Below the pieces are notes generated by a model. That model ran no database searches. It saw nothing but the letters and a program-made list of their open reading frames with translations, and was not told the DNA's origin. Source: the human T2T-CHM13v2.0 reference genome, Homo sapiens. Taken from it: a stretch of DNA of 64,000 nt. A program made the position numbers and the translations under genes. Shown here piece after piece: positions 16,726 through 34,500 of the stretch; position 1 is the stretch's first letter; the number at the start of each line of letters is the position of its first letter. The stretch is from NCBI RefSeq assembly GCF_009914755.1, contig NC_060947.1. One strand, given 5' to 3'.

Positions 16726-16924
16726 GACTACAGTGGTAGGTAAGAGAAGGCAGGGACCAACCCTGTTCAGGAGAATTAGAAAGTTTTCCAGTGGCAGAAG
16801 ATGGAACTAAAAGTTAAACAAGTCATTTGACTTTCATAGATGTGACTAAGACTTGATTCGACATAGAAATAGTCTATTATTGCTAATTTGCCAAGATTTT
16901 GTCAATATCTAAGCACTAATTTAA

Positions 16925-17445
16925 CATAGCCCCTTTTATCTGCAGTGTCACTTTTCAAGGTTTCAGTTACCTGCAGTCAACCATGGTACAACAATATTAA
17001 ATGTAAAATTCTAGAAATAAACAATTCCTATGTTTTAAATTGCAAACACCATTCTGAGTTGTGCGAACAAATCTTGAGCCATCCTGCTCCATCCTTCTTG
17101 GGACATGAATCATCCTTTTGTCCAGCATAGCCATGCTAGGGACGCTACTCTCCTGTTAGCCACTTAGTAGCTATCTCGGTGATCAGATTGACTGTTGTAG
17201 TATAGTAATGCTTGTGTTCAAGTAACCCTTATTTTAATTAATAACAGCCCCAAAGCACAAGAGTAGTGATGCTGGCATATTGTTAATCACTGGCTTTGCT
17301 TAATTTATAAATTAAACTTTATAATAGATATGTATGTACTTTAGAGGGGAAAAACATAGTATGTGTAGGTTTCGGTACCATCCATGGTTTCAGGCATCCA
17401 TTAGGGGTCTAGAAACATATCTATCAAAGATAAGGGAGGACTACT
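16925..17445. mobile_element. MER44B-like (Tigger7 family) DNA transposon, near complete
   Basis: ccccttttatctgcag...ggtttcagttacctgcagtcaacc ... gataagggaggactact termini. Confidence 0.85.
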
Positions 17446-17504
17446 ATATTTCTGGAGCATTGTCACTATGGCTTCTAGGTGGTCAAGCAGGTGAGATTTC
17501 TTAC

Positions 17505-17725
17505 CTTCAAATGTAGAATATGGAATTTTATTTTTCCATATCTAAGCAGTCATATATATTCTGCTTAAATATGCATTCTGACCCTGATGTAGTAAAGTTT
17601 TTGGAATTTCACAAGGGAGTTGATAAAGCCAGTGAACATAACAAATTTTGAATAGCTTGGGATCATAAAAGATTCACTCTTTGATCAGAGAGCTTTCTAA
17701 ACTTTGGTAATTTTCTACCTCATAG
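17505..17725 (-). pseudogene. Candidate MROH-like exon relic (221 nt)
   Basis: tctaccatcttaccag| acceptor, gaag|gtaaga donor; ends *IWKNKIPYSTFE-G, like recalled MROH2B LWKTRLPELLQPLEG. Confidence 0.55.
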
Positions 17726-17817
17726 CTGGTAAGATGGTAGATATACAGAATCAGTATACAGTTTACAAAGGAAATTTCTTACATGTTAGCCTCCATTTGT
17801 GCTATTCTGAAAGTTAC

Positions 17818-17956
17818 CTTAAAATACTAAAACAACACTAGTCAAAAGCCCTTTAATTTTGATTATTTTTGGAACAGAAAATGGCAATTTGCTCAAGGGG
17901 AGAATTAGGAAATTTGGTATGAGTTAGACTCACCACCCCACTTCATGTTTCACAAC
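17818..17956 (-). pseudogene. Candidate MROH-like exon relic
   Basis: catctaaatttcag| acceptor, aag|gtaact donor; L*NMKWGGESNSYQIS*FSP*ANCHFLFQK versus recalled MROH1 LWPYLLQFLTPVRFTGALTPLCRSLVHLAQK. Confidence 0.4.
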
Positions 17957-20165
17957 CTGAAATTTAGATGACAAGGCTGAATTATCCGATTACCGACTAC
18001 AAATTCTTATCATTTCAGATGTTGATTAATGTTCTTGTGCTTCTCTGCCTCCTGTTACTTCAGCATTTAGAACATGATTATAGTAGACAAGAGCTTTCTT
18101 ATTGGCTCGTGATGACTATAGAAACTCCACAGGAGCAAAATGGTCAGGAAAGATGAAAGAAAGAATAAGAGAAAGAGGAACACAGAGAAGGTGGTAGGGG
18201 TGGCAGAGCGACCGAAGTGCAGATTAGAAGTGGCAGCTCACAGACTCACAAGGCAATGGATCGCCACTTCCAAACCTTTGTGCTTATCAACATGACCTTA
18301 GTCTTTATTAAAAACACAGAACTCTAGTCCCACCACTAGAATTGAGTCCAGCAGATACAGGGTGAGGCTCTAGAATCTGAATTTTTACATGGTCTCACCC
18401 AGATGCAAATGGTTCCCAGCCCACAGTTTGAGAAACCCCGCAAGAGAGATGACATGACTAGTACTAGCAACAAAAACCACGTTTTGTAAATATAGAGCAT
18501 TTTCACTGCATTTTTCTTTTTGCTTCTCATATGATCTTAGAAGATAGATTGGGTAGATATTGTTTTTCCTCATTTTAAAAATGAGTACCCTAAAGTTCTA
18601 GGAAGTTAAATGATCTGAAATCCAACTTCTTCTACTCTTAGATGACCAGTCCTTTTACTAAAGGAAGAAATATGCACTAAAATAATTCAGTAATATAGAG
18701 ACATTCAGTGTAAGGGCAAGCCTGCCTCATTAAGAAAATGGTCTTTAATATAGGGTACTATTAAAGGGTAGAAAATAATAGAATATATTTTGTGGAAAGT
18801 TTTTTTAAAGTTTTAACATGTCAAAGTTTAAGACACTTCAAGAGCTTCCTTTCTTTAATTTGAGCCTTCACTAATATAGAATCATCTAATGAAATATTTA
18901 TTCAATAAATATGCTGCATAATTGAGATATTACTGGGACACAGCTTTGCATTTGAAAACATTCTCAGTTTTGTACATATTATTTTATCCTTATTATTATC
19001 CTTTATTGTTTTAAAATGTATTTGCATCTTACACATATCTATGCTATTGTGCATGTGTAAACACAATAAGCCCATAAACAGTATTCAACAATTCCTCATG
19101 AAGTCAGTATTCTCCCATACACATTGTTGTCCTACTTCATCTACCACTTTCTAAGATGTGAATCACCCATTCAGGTGCTCACTTTTTGTTTCATCCTCAA
19201 AATTGTAATTCTTTGTTCTTGATCCTCATCCCTTCACTCTGTTGAATAAGACTCTTTAAGCTCTCTTTGTGGCCATTAACTTGTTTCTTCAGTCTTCCTT
19301 ACATAATCTTGGCTGAAAAGCTGTTTTGTGGCACACTGTGAACCTATGTTGCTACATGGACTGGTGGGTTGGAGCTAGGCTCTAATCATTTTCTTCTGCC
19401 TTCATAAACTTGAAGAGCTAAAACATGAAACTACCACATAATTCTGTATTGATCATGTTCAGCCTTCCTTCCTCTGGTGACAAGCTGCCTTCTGACTATA
19501 AATCAAGAGGGCTATGCCAACAGTCACTTCCTGGCAGCCCTATACATTTTGAAGGGAGCCATGAAATGAACAAGAAACTAGTGCCAAAACGTTCTTGATC
19601 AAACATATAATTTCCTAGTGAAAAACTCCCAAATCCTTCAGATGGTCCCTTCCTTTATTGGTGTCTTTATTCCCATGGACCAATTTATTTTAACATCTTC
19701 CCCTTCAAACAATTGTCAAGAACCCCGGTGAGCCCTTCTTCGACCTTTGTATTTTGAACCCTGGCATTTTTTTTTCACTTGAGCCCACATGTTTGTAGCT
19801 TTATGTTTTGTTTCACCAATTTTGGCTCCTGCTTCTTAAGCTTACCCTTTAGAGATTTTTAATCCATGCTGGCGTTCATCTGCTGCTTTTGCCAAGGTGA
19901 TATAATACATCAGCTGTATCAGCTGTGACTGGTGTGGTTGGCCATACTAGGCCTGACAGAAGAAAGCCCCAAAGTGGACCAAACTGAACACATTTAGTCC
20001 AGATAATACAGATGCAGAAAGATGGAGACTGTCCCATCAAATTCAGAAAAGCAAGAGTTTCAAGTGTAAAAAAAATAAGATCACAAACATTGGGCCCAGA
20101 TGATATGGCTGTCTGAATACTATATTACCTCTCATGTAAGCTGTTCCTGGGTACCGAATACTAAG

Positions 20166-20554
20166 TATCTTAGTCAGTTCACACTGCTATGACAAAACAC
20201 AACAGGCTGGGTGGCTTAAACAATAGGAATGTATTTCTCACAGTTCTGGAGGCTGGAAGTCCAAGATCAGTGTGCAAACATGGTTTGATTTCATTGAGGC
20301 CTCTCTGCCTGGCTTGTAGATGGCTATTTTCTTGTGTGTATTTGAATGACAGGGAGGAAGAGCAAAAGATAGAATATGAATGCAAGCTTTCTCTTGTCTC
20401 TTATTATAAGGAAAAGTCCCATCATGAGGGTCCCACCTTCATGACCTCATCTAACCCTAATTACCTCTTAAATGTACCATCTCCAAAGACCATCACATTA
20501 GTGCTTCCACATACAAATTTTGGAGAAGGGTACACAAACATTCAGTCCATAACA
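20166..20554 (-). mobile_element. MLT1A-type MaLR solo LTR
   Basis: ctgggtggcttaaacaa...tctcacagttctggaggctggaagtccaagatc...acacaaacattcagtccataaca. Confidence 0.9.
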
Positions 20555-21219
20555 CAAAGGGTATGAAAGACAGCAAACCCATTTCCAATAGCTCTGGCCT
20601 GGTGGACATCTCCATGTGAGCTGCCAACACTACGGAATTCAGGGCATGCCTTTGAAAGATGCAAGGGAAGCCTGGGCAGCTAAGCCCATCCCTGCATCCT
20701 TATTTCATTTGATCTTTGGTACTGCTGATCTACTGCTTTGATAATAAACCAAAGTAAAAGTGACCTCAAACCTGGATCAAACTTCATAGTTTAGTCTCGT
20801 GCAACTGTAATCAACTGTTACTTTTTTATCTCCACTGCTCTGTAGACCTTATCAGCAGGTCCACAGGCAACACATAGAGGAAGAGGCTCTGGGAGAGGCT
20901 TTGCCTCATTCTTTGCTTCATATTCATTTCTATTCCCCAACCTGCTTTTTCTAACTTTACTGGTTATTGATCCTGACCATGTGATTGCATTGACATTGAA
21001 TAAAATCATTCTTTAAAGAATTTCTTTTTTTTAATCTTTCAGAGTTGTTTTAATAATTAAACTCATAAATATGCACATATTTTTAGATGGCAGGGCATTG
21101 TACAAAAATGTGAGAAAATGTTATTGAGAACTGCTTTAAAGAGCTTAGGACAATGATGGCACAGATGGGGCTCTTTCTCCACAGAATCTCTCATTCTGTC
21201 GTTTGTCTGCTGTGGCTAG

Positions 21220-22370
21220 GACACAACTGTCAAAGGCAGGTGACTGAATGCAAAAAGATATTTACAATGACTGAAACTGACAAGGGACTAATATCAAGAC
21301 TAGAGAAGGATTTCCTGCAAAACAAACAGAAAGACAGCAGCCTAATATAAATATGGGGGAAACATATGAACAGGCAGTTCTCAGAAGGGAAAACCCAAAA
21401 AGCTTAGAAGCATGCGAAGAAGTGTTCAAAATCATTAGTAATCAGAAAAACACAATTTTAATGGATGAGCTGTTACTTGGCAACTATTAGGCAAAATTAG
21501 TAAGAGGCAATGCTAAGTAAACAGCAGAGACATGAGGGCAGAGGGGCCTGGGGCACTGATGATGGGAGAATAGACTTTGAAGCCCTGCAAAGGGGCCACC
21601 TCTAATATTTCTTGGAGATTCATACCCTGAATTCATACGTTCCAGCTCTCTTGCTGCATAGCAAGCAACTGTATACTCAGTGGCTTTAAAAAACCAATTC
21701 TTATTCTGCTCATTAGTCTTCAAATTGGGCAGGGCTTAATAGGGAAAGCTCATCTCTGCTCCTTGTGGCCAGGGTAGCTCAAAGGCTGGGGGGTGACTTG
21801 ATAACTGGGGGCTGGAACCATCAGAAACTCACTCCCATGCCTGGCACTTGCTTGCTGGCCATAGGCTAGCGTCCTAGTTGAGGCTGTTGGCCAGGATCCT
21901 TCCAGGTGACTTAATCTTGTGGCTGCTCGGCTGCCACTCCGCATGGTGGCTGGGTCCCAAGAGTGAGGGGCCCCACAGATCAAGAAAAAGGTGCGTGATA
22001 TTTCAATGACCTAGCCTTGGCATTATGTAGCACTGTTTCAGCTGGCTTCAACCCCTGATCAAGAAAAGAGAATGGGAGCCTTACCTCTCAATGAAGAGTG
22101 TCAAACTCACATTGTAGAAAGTGTGTGAGGATGGGATAGGTATGGTCACCATTTTTAGAAAATGCTGTCTTCTACATCCTAACCAGGATCTCTGCCCCTG
22201 GGTTTCTACCTCAAAGGGATTCTCATTCAGGTCCACAGGATATTTCTGGCCATGTTACTGCAGCACTGATTTTGGTAGTAGAAAGTTGGAGGTGAGCAAA
22301 TGTCCACCACTGAGAGATTAGAGAGTTGAGACATGATACACAAAACAGCATTACCCTGACACAAGAGTAT
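21220..22370 (+). mobile_element. Old L1ME-type fragment interrupted by an MLT1 LTR (~21638-22175)
   Basis: gacaagggactaatatcaagac...catatgaacaggcagttctcagaag (L1); ttgctgcatagcaagc...actcagtggctttaaaa...tgggcagggcttaatagg (MLT1H/G-like). Confidence 0.65.
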
Positions 22371-22377
22371 TAGCTCA

Positions 22378-22674
<297 letters not shown>

Positions 22675-23066
22675 AAAGTGTTAGCTCATGGCAATGTCAA
22701 TGGCTCATTAAAAGAGACAGATAGATCAACTGATCAATAGATCAATCAATCAATAGCTAGATATAGATAAAGACATGTAGATATCATATATATCTTATTT
22801 TAATAGGTCAGCAGTTAACACCATAAGATGTATAGTGCAACATCATTTGTATAAAGACACTTATACACAAAACAAAAATTCATCTTTTCTAAGAACATTT
22901 ACAAAAGAAATGAATAGTTTCAACACATTAAAAATGGCATCTCATGTTTGAGGACAGGACAGGGGAATGGAGAAGGAAAAGACAAAAGAAGACATACTTT
23001 TTAAAAAGAAGAGGAGGAACCAAGAAATGGACTCACACAGGCATTCATTCAATTTTTAAAACACCA

Positions 23067-23660
23067 CAGTTGCACCCCCCCATCCATGGTTTCATTCTCC
23101 ACGGTGTCCGTTACCTGTGGTCAATCTTGGTCCAAAAATTCTAAATAGAAAGTTTTAGGCCAGGCATGGTGGCTCACGCCTGTAATCCCACACTTTGGGA
23201 GACCCAGACAGGTGGATCCCCTGAGGTCAGGAGTTCGAGACCAGCCTGGCCAAAATGGTGAAAGCCCGTCTCTACTAAAAAATAAAAAAATTAGCCAGGC
23301 GTGGTGGCGGGCGCCTGTAGTCCCAGCTACTTGGGGGACTGAGGTAGGAGAATCACTTGAAACCAGGAGGCAGAGGTTGAGGTGAGCTGAGATTGTGCCA
23401 TAGCACGCACTCGAGTGCAGGCAACAAGAGCAAAACTCTGTCTCAAAAAAAAAAAAAAATAAGTTTCCGAAACAAACCATCCTTAAGTGTTAAGTTGCTG
23501 GGAGTTCAGCATAGTGCAATGAAAACTCTCACCGCCGGCTCTGTCCCACGGAGGATGGATGTCATCCCCTTGTCCTGCATATCCATGCTGTAGGCGCCGC
23601 CCACCACTAGTCACTCAGTAGCTGTCTCAGTTATCAGATTGATGGTCACAGAATCTTATC
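23067..23660. mobile_element. MER44-like element, split by an Alu and truncated at the L1 3' end
   Basis: Collinear with the first ~60% of the 16925-17445 copy (gttacctgtggtcaa, tagtcactcagtagctgtctcagttatcagattga); second terminus missing. Confidence 0.8.
23158..23459 (+). mobile_element. AluS (Sq/Sx-like)
   Basis: ggccaggcatggtggctcacgcctgtaatcc...ggcaacaagagcaaaactctgtctc(A)n. Confidence 0.92.
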
Positions 23661-23669
23661 ACGTAGGCC

Positions 23670-29775
<6,106 letters not shown>

Positions 29776-29784
29776 AAACTCCAA

Positions 29785-29890
29785 GAATTTATTTAAGCTC
29801 CTACTATGTGCCAGGTGCTGTTCTGAGCACTGAATATACAACAGTGAACAATAGAGATAGAAACTCTGCCCTGGTGATGCTGACATTAAG
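29785..29890 (-). mobile_element. L2 3' end fragment
   Basis: atttatttaagctcctactatgtgccaggtgctgttctgagcactg...cagtgaacaa. Confidence 0.75.
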
Positions 29891-29957
29891 CAGAATATTA
29901 GATCGCAAGAGGTACCAAGCAGGGAATGGGGATAAGCAGTGCTAACGGCCACTTCAA

Positions 29958-30860
29958 ACAGAAACTTGAACAAATTTATAAGAAAACAACAAACAACTCC
30001 ATTAAAAAGTTGGCAAAGGACATGAACAGACACTTCTCAAAAGAAGACATACACATGGTCAACAAGTATATGAAAAATAGCTTAACATCACTGATCATTA
30101 GGGAAATGCAAATCCAAACCACAATGAGATACCACCTCATGCCAGTCAGAGTGGCAATTATTAAAAAGTCAAGAAACAGCATATGCTGGTGAGGCTGCAG
30201 ATAAATAGGAATGCTTTTACACTGTTGGTGAGAATATAAATTAGTTCAACCATTGTGGAAGACAGTGTGCAATTCCTCAAAGACCTAGAACCAGAAATAC
30301 CATTTGACCCAGCAATCCCATTACTGGGTATACACCCAAAGGAATATAAATCATTCTGTTATAAAGACACATGCACACGTATGTTTATTGCAGCACTATT
30401 CACAATAGCAAAGACATAGAACCAACCCAAATGTCCATCAATGATAGACTGGATAAAGAAAATGTGGTACATATACCCCATGGAACACAATGTAGCCATA
30501 AAAAGTAAGGAGATCATGTTCTTTGCAGGGACATGGATGGAGCTGGAAGCCATTATCCTCAGCAAACTAACAGAGGAACAGAAAACCAAACACTGCATGT
30601 TCTCCTTTATAAGTAGGAGCAGAACAATGAAAACACATGGACACAGTGAGGGGAACAACACACATTGTAGCCTGTTAGGGTGGGGGTATGGTGGGAGGGA
30701 GAGCATCAGGATAAATAGCTAATGTATGTGTGGTTTAATACCTAGGTGATGGGTTGATAGGTGCAGCAAACCACCAAGGCATAAATTTTCCTATGTAATA
30801 AGCCTGCACATTCTGCACATGTATCCTAAAACTTAAAATTTAAAAATGAAATGAAAGAAA
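29958..30860 (+). mobile_element. 5'-truncated older L1PA (about PA10-12) 3' end, followed by an L1M 3' tip to ~30995
   Basis: ORF2 C-terminus ([23 protein letters not shown]); 3' UTR gagagcatcaggataaatagctaatg. Confidence 0.88.
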
Positions 30861-31936
30861 ATTTTTAAAAATTGGATAGTGGTAATGGTTGCACAACTCT
30901 ACGATAATGTATTAAAAACCACTGAATTTTGTACTTTATAGGGATGAATTTTATGTTATGTGAATTACCTCTCAATAAAGTTATAAAATAAAGAGGAAAG
31001 CCTGGCCAACAGGGCCTCTAGAGCTTTACTTCAAGTAATAAATTGTGAAAACTCAGCATGTGATACATGTGACAGGCCCACTCTTTAGGAAAAAACATGG
31101 AGCACACTGAGAGGTGGGAGAGTGAGTGAAAGAAAGAGGATGAGTAAGTGTTTCATCTCCCCCACCCACCCCATAAGGGTGGACTTTGTGGGGAAATGGA
31201 GGTTTGACAAAAATATTCCAACCAGATTTTTGGGGAAGTTGCCAACAGAGCAGATATATGCCATCTTCACTGTCTGAGACTCTGGAAGACCACCTTTAAG
31301 AGTGTCCCTCACCAATAAGGAGTGATCATAACAGAGGAGGAATGGATACAAAGAGAAGGCCACTTCTTCCATAGCTCCTACCTGGCATAGAGGGATCCAG
31401 AAGTCTTTACATGCTCCCAGTGAGGGACATGGAAGGTAGCTGAATGTTGAGAGCCAAGATGACTCCATGGCAGAGGCTACAGGTGGCCAGCCTAATCCAG
31501 GGCTGGTAGAATCATGTGGCTGAGACACAGAGGGCCTCAAGGGCAGTCATAGGATAAGGCAGGGCCTACTAGACAGGATGGAGAGCAACATCATGCCTGG
31601 ATTGAGATGACAGGACAAGCGGTATTTCATTAGCCCTGTACCTCATTGTTGGTTGCCAGGAAGGTGGAGTATCTGAGGACATTACTATAGAGGCCATGAG
31701 CATTCTCACAAGGATCTCCTTGCCAACCTCTGTTGCTATCTTGGGAACAAAGGATGTAGGGATGGGTGGTGAAACTCTGGAACACTCAGCATTTACCTAA
31801 AGGGACTAAGTTAACCTAGAAGAGACTATTTTTGATGGAAGGAGACTGCATACCCACTAATTAGAAGATTTTAAGATACTCCTCATCACCATTATTTATT
31901 GGAATAGGGACTTCAGATAGAGATAAGAACACTTAT

Positions 31937-32132
31937 CAGAGTTTCTTGACCAATCATTGACACTCTGGGTAAGATAATCCTTTGTTATGCAGGATTGTCC
32001 TGGGCATTGCAAGATGTTTAGCAGCATCTAAGCCTTCTACCCATTAGATGCCAGTAGTCACTCTACCCTCCATTCTGGAAGTCACAAAAACCTCTCCCTT
32101 CAAGAGTAAAATTGCCCCCAGCCAAGAAACAT
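31937..32132. mobile_element. MER20 hAT-Charlie MITE
   Basis: gatgtttagcagcatc...ctacccattagatgccagtag...aaaattgcccccag. Confidence 0.8.
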
Positions 32133-34269
32133 TTCATTTTATGCATTCTATACACATCTGAGGACAGAGGGCTCATTTTTCCACCCCTCTCTCTACCTAC
32201 ATGTTCTAGCTCAGGCCTCAAATATTCTACATGATGTGAGACAAGCAAACTTCCTCTCCTGTGTGACTTCTTCCTCCTGTTGAACAATGCAAAGAGCCTG
32301 AAGGCCATGCCCTTTCCTGCATAATACATGCCCTTCTTTGTATTCAGCTTTGTTTCTTATACTAAAATTACATCCTGTTTCTTTGCTCTCAGAGCCCCAC
32401 AGGCTGTGTCTCAAGCTTCCTGTGTTCTGATATGATTGTATTACCTGTTCTGAGATGTGCTTTCTGCCACTAGTGTGATTTTAATTCATCCTTCCAGGTT
32501 TCCTTTGCCCTCCTGCATTTTTCCCCCTCCTACACTGCCTCCCATAGCGGCTACTCTTACCTCAGCACTCCTCTTTATTTCTTCTTTTTTGAGTTGGGTC
32601 CATCTCTCTTGGCTCTACTCAGCCCTTTTAATCTTGGTTTATTTTCCAATGGATTCTGGGAGGTGCCCATCCCCTACCTGCTCCACCTCCACCCTGCTGA
32701 CCTCCTCTGTAGAATCTGATGAGCCATTGCTACTGAATGAGGAAAGGCTTAACCTTCCTTTCCCCACCCCATATTCCTTTCCCTGGCCCCTCTTTTTCCT
32801 CCATAGCTTCTGTCTCTGTTTTTATTCTTTGTTTCTTGTCCACCGCAAGGTAAAATTCAGCCTCTTCCTTATGTTCCCCATCTCACCCTTGCCCACATTT
32901 GTGACATGTCTGTGGTCTTCCCTTTGTCATGTGAAGAATGGCAGTGGGATAGAGAGCCTAGTGAAGAGGATGCACGCAGTGCCGGGAGTCAGTCATTCAG
33001 ACAGGGACATAGATCTTGGAACTTATACATTTCTCAGCTGTGTAAAATATGGGTAATAAGAGTACCTAATCCATAGGGGCACTGAAGGATTCAATGAGTT
33101 TGCAGTGTACAACGTTTAGTACATTCTAAACTGTATGCCCTGATATCTAGTGGATATGCAGTGAATGTTTGTCAAATGGCTAAAATTTTGCATGATATGC
33201 AGCCCAAGGCCTGGCACATAGTGAATGCTCAAAGTAAAAATGTTCTTCACCTGAACTGAATCAAACTCTCTTTTCGATATTAGATTTGATGGTCCGGACC
33301 TCAAAGCCAAACCTTACTTTCTTCATAAGTCACAGTCTTTTCTTCTTCAGGTTGTAACTTCTCCTATGTCTATAATTTGATTCCTCAAGAAAGCAAAGAT
33401 GCTACCTTAACCTACTACACAGAATCCTTCCCAAACTATTCTTACTGACTCTTCTCCTAGTGTACCCTACAAAGTAAACTCATTATTTTTCTGCTGATTT
33501 GAAGCTTATATCAAACTTTACGGGAATTTAATCACGACAAATTTGTCCCTAGGGTACATTGCCAATTGGATTAGTAATCAGGATCCCCTGCACATAATCT
33601 CTGTGCAGCTTTTGAAGCAGATCCACATGCCAAATCTTCCCTTGGAGGACTCTCCCTGCTCTCCTCCTCCTCAATGTGGAAAAAATTTCTTATCTTTTCT
33701 TCTTTGTCAGCTTCTCTTCTGCCTGTATCTCTCATGGAGGGCTAAGGAGAGATGCCACTGACGTTAACTGCCTCCTTTTTACCTCCTCCTTGCTCCCCAT
33801 TATTTTATACCTCTGTCCTCCACCCTGCTGCCATTCTTCAGACTTTTTTCTTTTCCCTCTGATTATTAAACTGAATTTAATCCTGCTGGATAAATTGAGC
33901 AGGTGGTATTAGATCCGTTGCCAGATGAGGAAAGTCAGAGTGGCACATTACCACCATTGTTCAAGTGATAGAATAGCACAGCACTGCTGGAATCCAGATT
34001 AGACATGAAGGTCCCGCCTCTGAGCCTGTGGATTTTTCACTTTGTCAAAACCATATTGACTTCAAACAGAGTGTCAGTGGACATTACCAATCTCTACAAA
34101 ATCTAAGATATGTTGTGTTTTTATCGTTAAAGGTTGTTACCCATAATGAAGAAAGGATTCATATTAGTCTAATACTTCTATAGAGCAGTGTTCAAAATCA
34201 TTAGTGTTTTATCTCCATATTTGTCATTTGTTATTTCAAAAATTATTTATGTACATAAACAGGAAACAG

Positions 34270-34500
34270 TAACTACAATTTTATAGCACTTCAAATTTAC
34301 AAAGTCATTTTATAACCCATTGTTTCATTTGCATCCTCAAAACAATCTTGCAAAGAGTGCATTGTTAACCCTATTTTACAGATCTTGAAACTGAGGCTCA
34401 GAAAACTTCAATAATTTAATGCAAGACACTCAGTTAGGAAATGACAGAACCTTGAGTTGGAAACTTTTCTTCCTGATTTCAAAGCTCATGCCCTTTCAGT
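34270..34500 (-). mobile_element. MIR
   Basis: atcctcaaaacaatcttg...cctattttacagatcttgaaactgaggctcaga. Confidence 0.75.

Noticed and set aside
19080-20150. Possible CR1/L3 relic or coding exon
   Set aside because: Only weak motif resemblance, no sustained frame and no convincing splice pair; cannot be supported by eye.
31050-31930. Possible ancient LTR; 151-aa minus-strand ORF
   Set aside because: LTR-like composition, but no family or termini could be identified; the ORF has no recognisable motif.
32457-33056. 199-aa hydrophobic ORF
   Set aside because: Starts at GTG, arises from stop-poor pyrimidine-rich sequence, runs into a MIR, and has no recognisable domain.
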